64,000 nt of DNA, taken from positions 9,486,001 through 9,550,000 of the forward strand of contig CM060733.1 of assembly GCA_030704615.1 (NCBI GenBank). Direction: 5' to 3'. This DNA is from Takakia lepidozioides (lineage: Eukaryota; Plantae; Bryophyta). This document shows positions 11,143-24,000 of the stretch, piece by piece (position 1 is the first letter of the stretch; the number at the start of each line of letters is the position of its first letter). The position numbers and the translations under genes were made by a program. The notes beneath the pieces are model-generated. The model had not been told where the DNA came from. It saw only the letters and a program-made list of their open reading frames with translations, and made no database searches.

Positions 11143-13599
11143 CTGATCTTCATAGTAAAAGACTTACAGTGAGAGATTGGGTTCCACGGAATAGACAATG
11201 GAAGCAAGAAATAGACAATGGAAATGTAGAGAGAGAGAGAGAGAGACCTGGAGACGCCTCGCAAGCTCCACCGCATGCAGAATATTAGCAAGTTTTGACT
11301 GTGAATATGCCCGACGGTGGCTATACCTGCATTCATGTAAACTATTCTGCTGTTACAACGCTTGGCCCCTAAATAGCTGGATGTTCCTGAAGTTACTTGG
11401 CGGATGACTTGCATATTGCAAGTAGCAGGGGAGTGGGGTTTAGCCTGGGCATCAATCAAACCCTGAACCCAATTAGTTGTGAGATTTCTCTACATCAGTG
11501 TCTGTATGTACTATGTATGGGCTTTTTTGCAAGCATGATAAAATATGTTGTTCAAGATAAGCCTCTTCAGTATCTGTATGTCAGACTGAAGGGGAAATCC
11601 TTGGTGACTCAATTTTATGGATGCCAGCTGGTCATGAGCTAGTGGACCAGTGTGGCAATTAAGTATGTTAATACATCCCCATCAGTTCCTCATGCAGATT
11701 TAGTGGCGTTCTAGACCTAAGATTGATTAAGTAGTTACAACGTCTTCAAATTAGATGCATCCAAATTTTCTCTCTTGCACACGGGAACACCACGATTAGT
11801 TTTCAAATGATGGATATGCGACTCTTTACCTCTGTTACTTCGGAAATGTAACACTCGCAGTCCTAGAACTGATTCCGCTTAGGTAGAAATATAGTGGATT
11901 AAATGGCACTCGATTCGGAATGAGAATCTAATTTCATGTCATTTGCATGTTCCAATACCTCCTGCCATCGTAAAGTGAAATCTGATGCTTACCTCTCTTT
12001 CTTGGTCAAGCTGTCGAAGTCAATCCCGACCCTGTCACTGTATTTGAGCATGAATGACGACACATTGACAATCCGACCCTCAATGCCGCTCTTGTTTGCG
12101 CTCTCTTCATTCTATCCAGCAATAAGTTCGTCAACAAAAAATGGGCTGCACAAAATATCCCATAAATCACCACCTCAGCGGCCTCCTGGGAACAAATTTA
12201 AGATGGTTCTGTCTACTCTGAGAAGGGCCCATTGACGCCCTATAACTTGCCCCACGGGTATATATATACTACACTTAAGCCACGCTCCTGTCGATATGGG
12301 ATATATTTGTTTCCTACGGTAATAACCTAGGAGCCCTGCCTAACTTAGCACCCCAAACTCGTGCTCGGGGATGGACGAGTCGCCAGCTGATCACAAAGAT
12401 TATTGTGTTGTGAAAGATGGTTGGTCAAAAAGATTTAATCTAGAGGATCGACGTTCCAGAACACATTCTCTTTGCGGTTTGGAAAACATACCCAGATGGT
12501 TGGTGGAAAATACCATTTCAATGCCATCGTCAGACAGGCAGAAATCGGTAAGGTTTACGCCTGCATTGTTGCTTCATCGTCGAGTCCATGCACAATACCC
12601 AGCTCAGAAAACAAATTAGTTCGGATCTCCTTACCAGTACAATTTCATAGTGTCGGATCAGCGCTAATACGTGCAAAACCTTCCAGTCTACAATTTGCCA
12701 TCGAGTTCTCATCTTACCTCCCTGTCTCCCGTCTAACCTCTCGTTATTCAAATTCTCTTCCTGTCTTTTGTTAAAAGGAAGTAGAAAAACCTGAATATCG
12801 TTTTTTCTTCTCAGTAAAGGAAGTAAAGGGAATTTTGGCCTGAGACACTTGTCTAGCATATAAGGACTTATATGCTAGTCATGTACATAGGCTTTGGTCT
12901 TACAGAAATTTAGTCGAGTTATATTCCCTTCGAGCTTTGCTGGAATCTGATGTCGTAGCAGATATGTTTGCACAAAGGAATGCTAATGATGAGTTCTATC
13001 CCTTCTCCTTTGATTTAATTTTTGCTTGGTTACACTAACTAGTAATTTGACATAGCTATGATACTACGTTTTACTTTCTTGCCATTAATCCTAGCTGAGT
13101 GGTTGATGGTCTTACCCTAAACACTAAACTTCTGAGCTGTGCTGAAAGTACACTATGGAAGAATCTAGGTGCATGTTTGAGCAATGAAAGAAGGATGGAG
13201 GTGAGTAGATCAAAACCCAATCACCTCTGTCTTTAGTCTGTAAAATGTGGAGAAGCAAGTGTTATAAATTGCGGTGTGTTTGACAGCTTGTTGTGGTTTG
13301 AACCCACTAGTGAAGTTGTGTATGCTTACCACTCGACTAAAATGTTGGTTATCCTTGAGTGTGAAATTTGAGGGTCAGTGATGATGTCTTCAAAGAACTT
13401 GCATTTGAAGACAGATCCTTACTTGTCCAGACGAGACAAGCCATTCTCTCTATCATGGTAAGTCACACGAGAAAAGATAAGCCCTTCTCTCTCTTCATGG
13501 TATGTCATGCTACGGTCGTAAGCCCCTCACAAAGGTAGTTTTGTTCCGCCAAAACTGGGCGGGGATCTATGGCCGCAAGGCTACTGCAAACAACGGATT

Positions 13600-13689
13600 A
13601 TGACGACATTTGGATTCCTTGCAACTGATAAAAATCAGGCTCCCTCTTAAGTAGACCCTCCCTCGAGTCGCACACAGCCATCGTCACAG
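13600..13689 (+). pseudogene. Second degenerate SDR exon-1 fragment
   Basis: TFGFLAT...LESHTAIVT-G|gt matches the exon-1 pattern FGFYSTA..TAIVTG and ends in a donor site. Confidence 0.55.
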
Positions 13690-14639
13690 GTGCCGGGTTC
13701 TAAATCTCTTTTCTTCGTACTGTAGATAATGTGAAAATTTTGACCACCAGCTGCAACCTTGGAATCCATTCAACATTTAGGAATGGGCTAGTCGACTTGC
13801 AGAACTACAAGTAGCTGGTACGGACAATCGACTGTACGAGGACGTGGATCACCTCGCGCCCAGTTTTGATGGGCCAAGGAAGACCCGGCCCCCGCAGTCG
13901 GAGAGGTTGCAGAAAATCGAGAATGCCCTTTGAGAAGTTGACGGTGTACCTTTAGACATGCCGAGGAACATAACGCCACGACAGATGTAGTATTTCTGGA
14001 ATAGTAGCATCCACCAGCTTGCAGCACTTGACCACAGCGCGTGTATAGGGAGAGAGCGAGAGAGAGAGAGAGAGAGAGAGAGAGGTGAGTCCTACGTTAC
14101 AACAAGGTAACAAGTGAAAAAAATGTGTATATGAAGTATGTAACAGGAGGGACATCCGGGTTAGGAGAGGAAACTGTAAGAGCGTTAGCCAAGAGAGGGG
14201 CACACGTGATCATCGCAGGCCGCAACGACAAATTGGGGGAGCAAGTGAAGGCCCGCATTTTGGCAGAGGCGGCAAACGCCAGGATTGATTTTATGCATCT
14301 CGATCTTAGCTCTCTATCCTCTGTTCGCGATTTTGCTGAGAAATTCAAGTCGAGGAACCTACCGCTCAACACCCTTATGTACGTTGGAAGTTGAAACTTC
14401 TCTACTTGAAGCATGTAATTATGGTCGACAGAAGCAGTCACCTCCTCAGCTGTGGAGTAGAAGCCAAACTTCTTCTGTCCTTGCTCTTGCGAGCTCTGAG
14501 CTGCACCCATCTCCACGATCTCCTCTATCCTTCTCGTAAATCCCTCTCACTGCTCCACTTCATTGCGCTGAGACAAAACAAGGGGCAATGCTCCTCATTA
14601 GTAAGCGGCTCAGAAAGGTACAAATTATTGGTAGTTATT

Positions 14640-15079
14640 GGTAATCTTACTAGTAAGTCCACCAACTTACTACCTAGGGGAGGCTCGCCGAGTCAGTGTT
14701 CTTTTCCTGTGCGTGCTCCGGCCTCCTAGGCTCCCGTGGACTTCAACGCTTGTACAAGATGATGAGCAAGTGAGACATGCTCTTCAATAGTGAGCCCAAA
14801 GTGGGAGCTCAGGCAAGGACCATAGGGTGCAGGAGGATCGAGGGTCGAGTAGGGTGGGTGATTTCAAGCTGCTGCAGGAGTGGGCCCATGTCTACGTGCA
14901 GACTGCAGACAAACAAGGAGATGGAAGGATTTTGGAAGACGGTGGTTTATTTGGGGCAGAAGGGTTGCTTGGTGATGTGCTGATCCGCACGACATGACTT
15001 GAGGGATGTACTGTAAATAAGTGGCGAACGAGTTACTACTGATCCACGGGTGAGGTCTGTAATCCCCTTGCTTATTACA
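14640..15079 (+). mobile_element. Possible LTR fragment
   Basis: Purine-rich non-coding block ending ..CCCCTTGCTTATTACA; no internal coding domain seen. Confidence 0.3.
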
Positions 15080-15744
15080 TGCGCTATAAAGACTGTTGAT
15101 ATAACGACGAACCGACTTGGTTTTAAAGCCGACTTGTATTATTATTATGTCGTGCTCTCCGTATTGAAGGCTAAATTACATCTCCAACGCACTTGGCTGT
15201 ATTCCATTTCCATTATGACGTGATATGCCTCTACACCAAATTTATATGACATCGAAGAGAATATACACTGCATATGGGGGATGAATATTGCCTGGATAGG
15301 TATATAGAATATCCAATATATTCAAGAGAATATTCAATAATCTGAAAAACAATTGACCTTCACACAATTACAACACAAAGCAAACATACAAATCCAGAAT
15401 TGAGCTCACAAACATCCTCCAAACATTGCACATTGAGTATCAAAAAGATGCCATAAAATGCTATGCTTATATAACCGATTGCCACATGACTCCCATGAAT
15501 TGCCACTTAACTCCACGTGGACTCCATGAATTCCACACATACACCTACTATGCCGTTTGGAGGCTCACATCGCAGCAATAATGGTATCAATAGCAATCTC
15601 GTCCATCGCAATACCAGATACGTATGGTATATACCATAGTATGGAGCGAGGTATGTATTGCCCCGGGGTTTTGGCCACCCTACCCACCAGCCAGGTATGG
15701 TCCTACCTACCCGGGTTGAAAAATCAGCATTGATACCCGGGTTG

Positions 15745-15900
15745 TATACAACATTCTGGCAAGCGCTCATCCACAAGGCTTGTGGGATAAGACATGTGAG
15801 ATGAAACATATGTTCACATGATCCAAGCACATGACATCCCTCTAGGCCGTATGGATTCATGCACATCGAACAAATTGTGCCATCTGATATCCATGACGGC
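15745..15900 (-). pseudogene. RING-H2 finger fragment among transposon debris
   Basis: CSMC..CEHMFHLTC..ACQN spacing in ORF 15507-15989; truncated by an ACCCGG-rich MITE-like end. Confidence 0.6.
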
Positions 15901-16734
15901 AAACGCGTCGTGGTATCTCCTCCCTCTGGGCCGGTTTGATGTGGTTGGTCATCTTTGTTCTGGTGTCGTACTCCTCCTCTATCTCCCATTCCCAGTTTAT
16001 GCTTCTGTTCGACCCCGAAATTTTGTGCTCACATCGATCAAACATAGATTCCACATCTACCTAGTTGGTATCCCCGGCGAACATGCTTGATGCGTTGCGG
16101 AGATCGTTATACCTTTGCATGTTGGCTTAAATGTTATCCACGCTATGGTTTGATATGCGTGCGACACGTTGCAAGGCTGACAGTGCCAGCTCTATCCGTG
16201 CTTCTCTGGAGATCAAATGGGTATATAGCGGTCCAACTTTGATACATACATTGCAGCACGTACCTCCTCGCAATTTGTGAGACGGGAGCCATTTGTGATT
16301 TTGCTTGAAGTTGGATACTTTGGACGCTTTGATGCAAATGTCATTATGCGGGATGAAGTTGGAGAAAAAAAAATATATATAGCCGCCTCTCGAAGGGAGC
16401 GTAAATTATGGTGTATCTTCCTTCGAGCAAGTTGGACAATATGGATTGAGGAACTGTAGGGTTCTTATTTTAGACTTATTGTAAGAAATTCACCTCTTGT
16501 CATGATACAATATTTTTCTTTACATATTCTTCATACTTCTCTATCATTTTTAATTTTTTTAATTTCATAGGATATGGTTACGCGAAACATCAAAAATTTG
16601 TCAACCTATCATGTGAAAGGCCGCATTTTCTAAAACTTGTATCTCATAGCGAAAGACAAAAAAATAAAAAACACATATAAAAAAAAATGTAGGCATACCT
16701 ATCAAAAAACACCATTGAATTGTCCCTTGTATGC

Positions 16735-16841
16735 CCTAGGTTTTTTACCTACCACCTACCCAATCGGTAGGTTCTAGAAGACCCGGCTGATACCTATTAT
16801 TAATACCCAAGTAGACCCTGAATACCAGTACATGAACACTG
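16735..16841. mobile_element. hAT-like MITE right end (..CATGAACACTG)
   Basis: Reverse complement begins CAGTGTT; TACC/ACCCGG subterminal motifs. Similar ends at 32916, 42431 and 59392. Confidence 0.5.
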
Positions 16842-16876
16842 CTCAACACACAGCGTTTGATTTTTTAATCACAATT

Positions 16877-17500
16877 CCAGCCCATCTCCACAACTATGTA
16901 GAGCAGTTTCCGGCCCTGTTCATTCTAGAGTGGTCCAGGAATTAAAGTGGGGGGCTTATGTAGTCCATCTATCTAGGCCTATATTTGATATAGGTGAAGG
17001 GCATCATGCATGAGCTGATGAAAAGGCCTCATCAGCTGCCGGCGTTAAAGAAAATCAACGTGTCCCTTCGTGCCCCCCCCACCTTACGGAATTCGTAAGG
17101 CCGTTTGCTCCTATATCTGTGAACCTGTCCTGATATGTAGAGCTGTTTCATTCGGTCCAGGAAATACTGTGGCCCATGAATTAGAGGGGAGCGCTTATGT
17201 AGTAAGGCCACGTGTATTAAGGAATGAGATGAGGGGGTCAAAAAAAAGAAGGGAGGAATTGGCCAAATTTAGAATAACGAGTTTTGTAAGATTGACATGT
17301 GTCCAGGGCCTTCTAGAAGGGTCAGGCGCCCTGAGAGGGTATATAAGGGAGGCCGGTGGAGAGTGTGAGGAGGCTCGTTGGGGAGTTTGCTGGCGGGATG
17401 ACAGGGCCAAGGAGAAGAGCGCTGTGTGAAGGCTCTAGAACGACTATCAGTACATTTTTACAAGGATACTATATAACACAGGTTAGACTGTGTTTATGTT
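16877..17500 (+). mobile_element. Possible LTR fragment
   Basis: Starts TGTAGAGC (repeated at ~17136); TATATAAGGGAGG at ~17340 followed by purine-rich R-like sequence. Confidence 0.35.
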
Positions 17501-18027
17501 ATGCAACGTGATTTTTCTTCTCCAAATTACTACCCCCATGCACTTGCTTCTGCTTGATTTCAACGTCCTGTGGCTGTGGCCTGATATTTTACAGGTTCGA
17601 TTCACATAAGTACGATACGGAAAGGAGTACTAGGGACAACTTGGCCATGTTGAGAGTGTTGCACACCACCATCATGTCATGTAACTAGACACAGAACAAT
17701 CAGCTTGGTTTGGGATGGAAGTAACTTATAGCCAGCATCACAGTACATGACTTTCTCTGAGAGTCATGACTGGTATCAAATTGTCATAATTTTCTTTGGT
17801 GGCAAAATTCATAAAATTAATAAGAATGGAAGTATCCTTGTTGTCATGGCATGACAATACTGAGTTGAAACATTGGCCGAGTTTATACCCGCATTGAATG
17901 CAAATCCTTTCAGCTAGTGGAAACAATCTAGGCACCAGGCGTCCTCACTTCAGCAGCATAGAATTGGTCCAAGGTATGAGCCACTTAACCAGCAACCAAG
18001 GAAGTGACTGGATGATGTGTGAGTGTG

Positions 18028-21000
18028 TCATCGTTCCTCGAGTGGCTTGTTCACAACTACAGCATCTCTCAAAGGAGGGCCAGTGGAGAGATTGTCACCG
18101 CGTCCAGACCCCTTATCAAAGCTTCTTGAAGAGGAGGTTGTTGCCGCAGCTGTCCCTGGATCACCAGGATTTAAGGAGTCAGGCCTAGAAGGGGGGGTTT
18201 CATTAGGCAGATCCCCATCTGATGATAGATCTGAGAGGGAGTCATCCGAGTAGCCATCCACAGGCATTGTTGGGGCCGCGCCAGAAGCCCGCAGTCGTCG
18301 CCGGGCTAATCGCCTACTTACACCACTGGGGCTTGCAATAGGGGATGAGATGTCCATGGGAGTACCATCCCCTTGTTCTCCATTGCTTTCATCTTCCTTT
18401 CTCCGCCGCGGGAAGCTTGCCTTTGCAAGCTCTCGGAGCATTTTCAGCTCCTCTGTTTTACCTTCCTTGCTAGAGCCTTTAGATCTCTTCCCTTCCATGG
18501 AGCGTTGGCGGCTCCACTGGCCCCATGATTGTCTCTCTGATCGTTGAGATGTTGCCTCCCCCCGTATCTCTCCTGATGGTGGCACGCTCCCTTCCCCATC
18601 TTCCCTGTTCGATATGATGGATCTTGGGTCAATAAAAGCTGGAGATCCTGGATCATAGACAGGGATGCTGGCCTCGGGTGCTAGGCCTACCAAAGGGCTG
18701 CCCTGTTGGACAGACGAACTCCCCCATGCTCTATCAGGTGTACCTGGATCCAGACTAAGTGGAGTGATGGGGGCAGGCCCCAGCCTAGGGTGTGGCAGTG
18801 GAGGAATGAATTTTGTCCTTTTGCAGGGAGTGAAGGGTAGAATAAACCCCAGAGCCAGCATCTTGAGCCCCTGTTTCAGAGAAGGCTCCTGACTAGGGGA
18901 TAGCCAAAGAAGCTGCTTCATCAGTGCATACCATTCATTGAGCAATTGAGCCACAAAGCTGATAAGAAGTAGCACAAGCATAAAAACTCCCACACCACGG
19001 CGGAGGTAAGTTGGGTGTCCCTGCACGAGCAAGGCTAATGCCGCAGCAAACACCCCGGTCTCGCAAAGAAGGGATGTTGTCTCAGCTAGTTGAACTCCTC
19101 TTCTTCTGAAGGGTTTAATTAGTACGAGATAAAGCAGCTGCACCAATGTGAATGCAAACACGAGAGATACCTGGCTCCACGACCGGTCGGATCGAGGATA
19201 TGCCCCAAAGACAATCCCAAAAGTTACTCGCCTCAGGAGATCTACCAAGATATAAGCCGATCTAGCCCCACCTAGCAGTTTGTGTGCACGAGAGACAGAG
19301 ACTTCATCACTGTCATCATCAGAATTCACGGCCCTCATTTTCCCAATCCCAGTGGCTGTACTATCAATCCACTTTCGGACGTTGTTCATCCCATTCTCTG
19401 CATCCACTGTTACCAGCTTTGGTGGCCCCTTCCGGTCCTCAAAAAGCAAACCATACCTGGGTAAGAATGTGGAAGCTAGACCTTCCTTCCGCACCCACTT
19501 GTCTCGGCAGCTTTTTCCAGCCAGAAGTTCAAAAGGGCTAAGTCGAGAAGACCTGTTCTTTCTAGCCTCTCCTCGAATCTCTTTGTATTGCACCAGTGTG
19601 CCCATGAATATAGCAAATGAGAGGAATAGAGCGACAGATAGGAGAAAGGATGCAGGAATTGAAAGGAGTAGCACACCCACAATGATGCCGGCTTCCGAGC
19701 CACCTGCGAAAAAAGGTTGGTCTCTTATTGATTGAGGAGTTGGACAACTTTGGGAAAACAACCTCAACTTATCTCTGCTGTATTTGGATCCAAACAACTA
19801 ACCCCACTAGTCACATCTGCATCATATGTATGTCATGATCTCAAAGACTGACAACTAATAGATAAGCTTAAGATTATCCCAAAGCAGAATTCATGGGTTT
19901 CATGTTCCGAATGTCGTGAGATCAGAAATTTCAGAAACTTACGCACAATATCATAATGGCACCTTGGAGATTACCTACTACAGCTCAATTTTCAAATTAC
20001 CTTTGATAATGAAGGCTGATGCTTGAGACATAGCTGGTAATGCAAGCATGAGTAGAAAAAGCTCAAAGCGAGGGAGAGTGAGTGCTCCCCGCAGTGTGGT
20101 TTTAGTTCGCCACCGCAACAAAATCAGTGTCATCATGTGCAGGAGGACGAGGCCTCCTGCTACCACTCCCAGCCAAAACATGTTCCTCTCAAAATCTTGC
20201 CACCTGAAACTATGGTGTTGTTGTTAGAAATATTTCCATAAGACCCAAATGCAAGATACAACACCTTTCAGCTGTATGAGGATTAACAGTTCTGGACAGG
20301 AATATTCACGCTGAGACATGGTTATGACTGTGTCCGGACTAAGATCCACTAGGAAATAAGGCCAACAGAAGATTCCGAGTGAAGTTACCCGGTATCCTTC
20401 CTTGTGTTCAGCATGCTCTTCAATGCTTGCAAGTTTGAAGTCTGATTCTGCTGGCCAACAGATACATCACAATCAATAACAGTCGCAAAAAAGAAATGAA
20501 ATGAAATGGTACTTTATAACGTCCGCGGAAAGCTCATAGATCTTATGGGACAAAATGGAAAGAAAACATGAGAGAGGAAACAGAAAACCAGAGCCAGAGA
20601 TAAGAACTATTGTTCGAGTGATTGTCTAAGGGTGAGTGCCTCGTGCAGGTAAGCTGCCAAACATTTGAAGGAAAAGACATTTTCTTCACACTTGAAAGAA
20701 ACTCTGAAGAAAACATGACTAATTCGAAGAAAGTTCTGAGAAAGTGGAGAGAGTGCTACCAACAAGTATTCTTGATTCCAAGAGCTGATACACCACGATT
20801 AATAGAGGAGTGGAAAATAAACTCAAGACATCCATGTCACAATTGAAGGAAACTCTGAGAAAAACATGACTAATTTGAAGAAGGTTCTGAGAAAGAGAGA
20901 TTACTACCAAAAAGTAGGCTTGATAGTCACTAGCTCCAAGAGCTGGTCCATACTGGGTGCTATTGTCTCCAAGCCTACGTTCTAGACGAACAGAATTGAT

Positions 21001-24000
21001 CAGCTCCATTCGTCTGTAGTTGGAGCTACCAGGTCTCCCCACTGGGAAGAGTGTATTTGACAGAACTGCCCTGGTTGAACAGTTGGGAAATGAATGAATG
21101 GCACAATTGATGTGTTTCCTTCCTCTCTGCACAAGATTGTACCAGAAAAGCCTCATCAGATACTGAACAATAAACTGCTTTGTTTCAGAGAATTAAACAC
21201 AGGAGAACACTTGCCATGAGATCCTGGGCGTGTTGCAAAACTCACACTAACAGTAACATGTCTCCTGGTATAGAGTGGAGAAGATAAACAGTCCCAAGAC
21301 AGCAAGTCCCATTTGAACGCCAAAGAAGGGAAAAACCTTATGACATTCAGGGGACTGGGACCCATGTGACAAAGTCGAACAAGAACAACATCAGGAAACT
21401 GCAATTACAAGATAACCGTGACTTTCCCCACTGTATGTCATATCAAATAGCGATCATACTCTTTGCCTTGCATGTCTGCCTGCCATTCTCTTCGGCCGTA
21501 GGGCAAGCTTTTCTGAATGGACTTCTTGTACACCAACTACATTGTCCAACCCAAGTCGTCTTCCTCGCGTTGACTGTTGAAGAATGACTTCGAGGCCAGT
21601 CACAACATTGGTGCCAAAGTCAGCACTGCTACTTGATGCCTGGCTGTCCTTCTGCCATGGAGTGTTGATATGAGGGATCAACCACCGGAGACCCCTGGTT
21701 GTCTCACCATACTCTATTGGCAGGGTCACAGCTAGCCAATCGGACAAAGCAAAAATTTGAAGGTGGCTGGCCATGCCCTGCGGAGTACAAGCAAATCAGA
21801 GACATGCTATCAGCTAACCATGTAGAGAGCAATGTTCGTTCATCTACAGTCATCTAGTCGTCCACAACCCGTCTCATATCAGCTGTAACCTCCCTCTTTA
21901 CAACATTCAAGGAACAGTCCTATTGGCTGGAATTTGGTGTGATGCTGCTCTCCAAACAGGGAGAGGAAAATAGAAAAATAGCTTTCTTAGAGTCAAGTCA
22001 ACACCTTCTGGGATTTGGATTGCGTTCCCCAAAGTAGCATAATTTGCTCATGTGTGCCATATTCCGCAAAGCCAAGGTATGGGGCTAGTATTTTTTATGG
22101 GGTGGTCAGGTACAAATGAGCGAGGACCCTAATTAAGAAAGACAACCCTCAATCATAAGAACAAAAGACCATGGCGCAAAAGATTTCTTGGTTGGGAAAC
22201 TAACAACTTCTTACCTTTCACATTACATTCTGCTTAGAGCAGCTCTGATACACTTGGAGTGATTGTCACCCTATCCTCATTGACCTCAGGGTGCGAGGTT
22301 GCTACTATATTCCAAATGATAACAGTGCCCTATGCCATGTAGAGACTGTGGATACATAGACTTCCCTTTCTTCCCTAATCTTCTTTCTTCCCTAATCTTC
22401 TTTCTTCCCTAATCTGCCCTGGTTTAATGATCGCAAGACAGACTGACGCAACTTACCAGAAGATTTCTTGATGGGTCTGCACCAATGGAGCCTGAAGTCC
22501 GACTTGAGAGAGCACCTCCAGCTGCTAGGCTTGCCGATGACAATGAGAGAGCCCCCGAAGCAAAGGTCGTGGCCAGCAATCCTGCTGTGGTCAAGGAGTA
22601 CAATGCCACTGAGATTGCAGGTGTAGTATCTGGGGAAGCATACAAAACAATGTGAGCAAACACATCGGAACTCCTCCTTTGATGTTCCTGAATTGCTTGA
22701 CAAGTGCCTGTCCCTTTGAAATTCGAAATGACACTACAATTCCGTTGCAATATGTGATGCAAGCTCACTTTCCTCCACCCTTGTTAAAACGTAGCACTGC
22801 AGTAGCAGGACTGTACACAACATGGTGTAACTCAAAAGTGTTCAAAACCGAAAATCATTCTTGTATATATACCAGCTGAGTGGGTAGTAAATGGCAAGGG
22901 CACTAGCAGATACAAATCAACACACGTATTAGGCAAGGATTACGTGAAATCCTTACAGTGTCTCACTTGCAGGATAGGTGAGGCCAAGTTGGAGTTTCCT
23001 GCAATATCTGACGTTTGATTTTCCGGTACGGCAATTGTAACTACATTATCATTGACTACATAGACTTCTAATGCATACGTGTTCTTGGCCACCTCCTTGA
23101 AGCTGCACAATCACACCATTCAGGTCAGGATGAGAAAGATATAGTTTATTGTCATATGAAAGGCCAAGGGAACAAGAAACACAAACTCTAATTTGTCCAC
23201 GAGAGCAAACCCTTCCTGGACACAATCTTGAGAGACGTGACACTAGGGGAAGTATGAGTAGTTTCAATGCCATAGCAAAGAAGCCATAAAGTACAGCTGT
23301 AAATTTATGAAACCTGAGATCTTTGAATAGTCTGCAACTAAAGATGGGGCTTGCCATCCATGCACCTGCCTTGTTATGTTTCCCCCTGATACTGTAACAC
23401 CTGAGGGGTTGAACAGAAAGACAGGCTCTGTGAATTGGACCACCACAGGAACAAAGTTGCTCTTTGTCTGTGCAAGCGACGTCGTACTGAGCTGCACTTG
23501 TGGTCTCTCACTATCTGACAAAGCACGGTGCACATTACCAAATCATTTTTTGTATAGCATGTACACCACTTCGAAGAGAGAAAATGAGAATGCAACCTGA
23601 AGAGGTGCTTGTTAGAACCAAGTAGCTTCAACTCTCACAAATGGAAGACTCCCCTCTGTGAGAAAACATACTTAGGGACAGCCATTCAATAGAAAGACTG
23701 CAAATGTGATTTCTTCCAGTGTGAGCTACGATAATGAATGATGACTCATTGCTCATGAAAATCAGCTTTGTCCAAGAAGAAGCAAACAATGTCCTCACAT
23801 TACCACCAGCCACTTGCAGCAGCTCAATTCTGACGCCTCCTCCTCTCTAAATTGCAGGTGGATGTTTTATTTCTCCTTTCTTTCGTTTCATTCTACAGAC
23901 TTCAACCACTGTCTGACTTTAACCACTGTGGTAATGATAACATATTGTTTTCTTCCTGCTATGCACTTCTGAGAACTGTCATGTCCAAAATATGAATACC

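Larger units (their letters stand above)
9147..14510 (-). pseudogene. Short-chain dehydrogenase (Tic32/retinol dehydrogenase-like) pseudogene with inverted exon 2
   Basis: Minus-strand exons: 14510-14424 (FGFYSTAEEVTASVD), 12571-12492 (NNAGV..LSDDGIEMVFSTNHL), 12145-11993 (HFLLTNLLL..GRIVNVSS, frameshift), 11326-11248 (AYSQSKLANILH, YxxxK), 10391-~10290 (INAVHPGLIQT), 9939-9882, 9311-9147. Exon 2 (GGTSGLGEETVRALAKRG..) lies on + at 14147-14378. Confidence 0.92.

Noticed and set aside
14125-14394. Independent + strand SDR gene
   Set aside because: No downstream + exons; its phases match the - strand gene once the GTCGAC-bounded segment is re-inverted.
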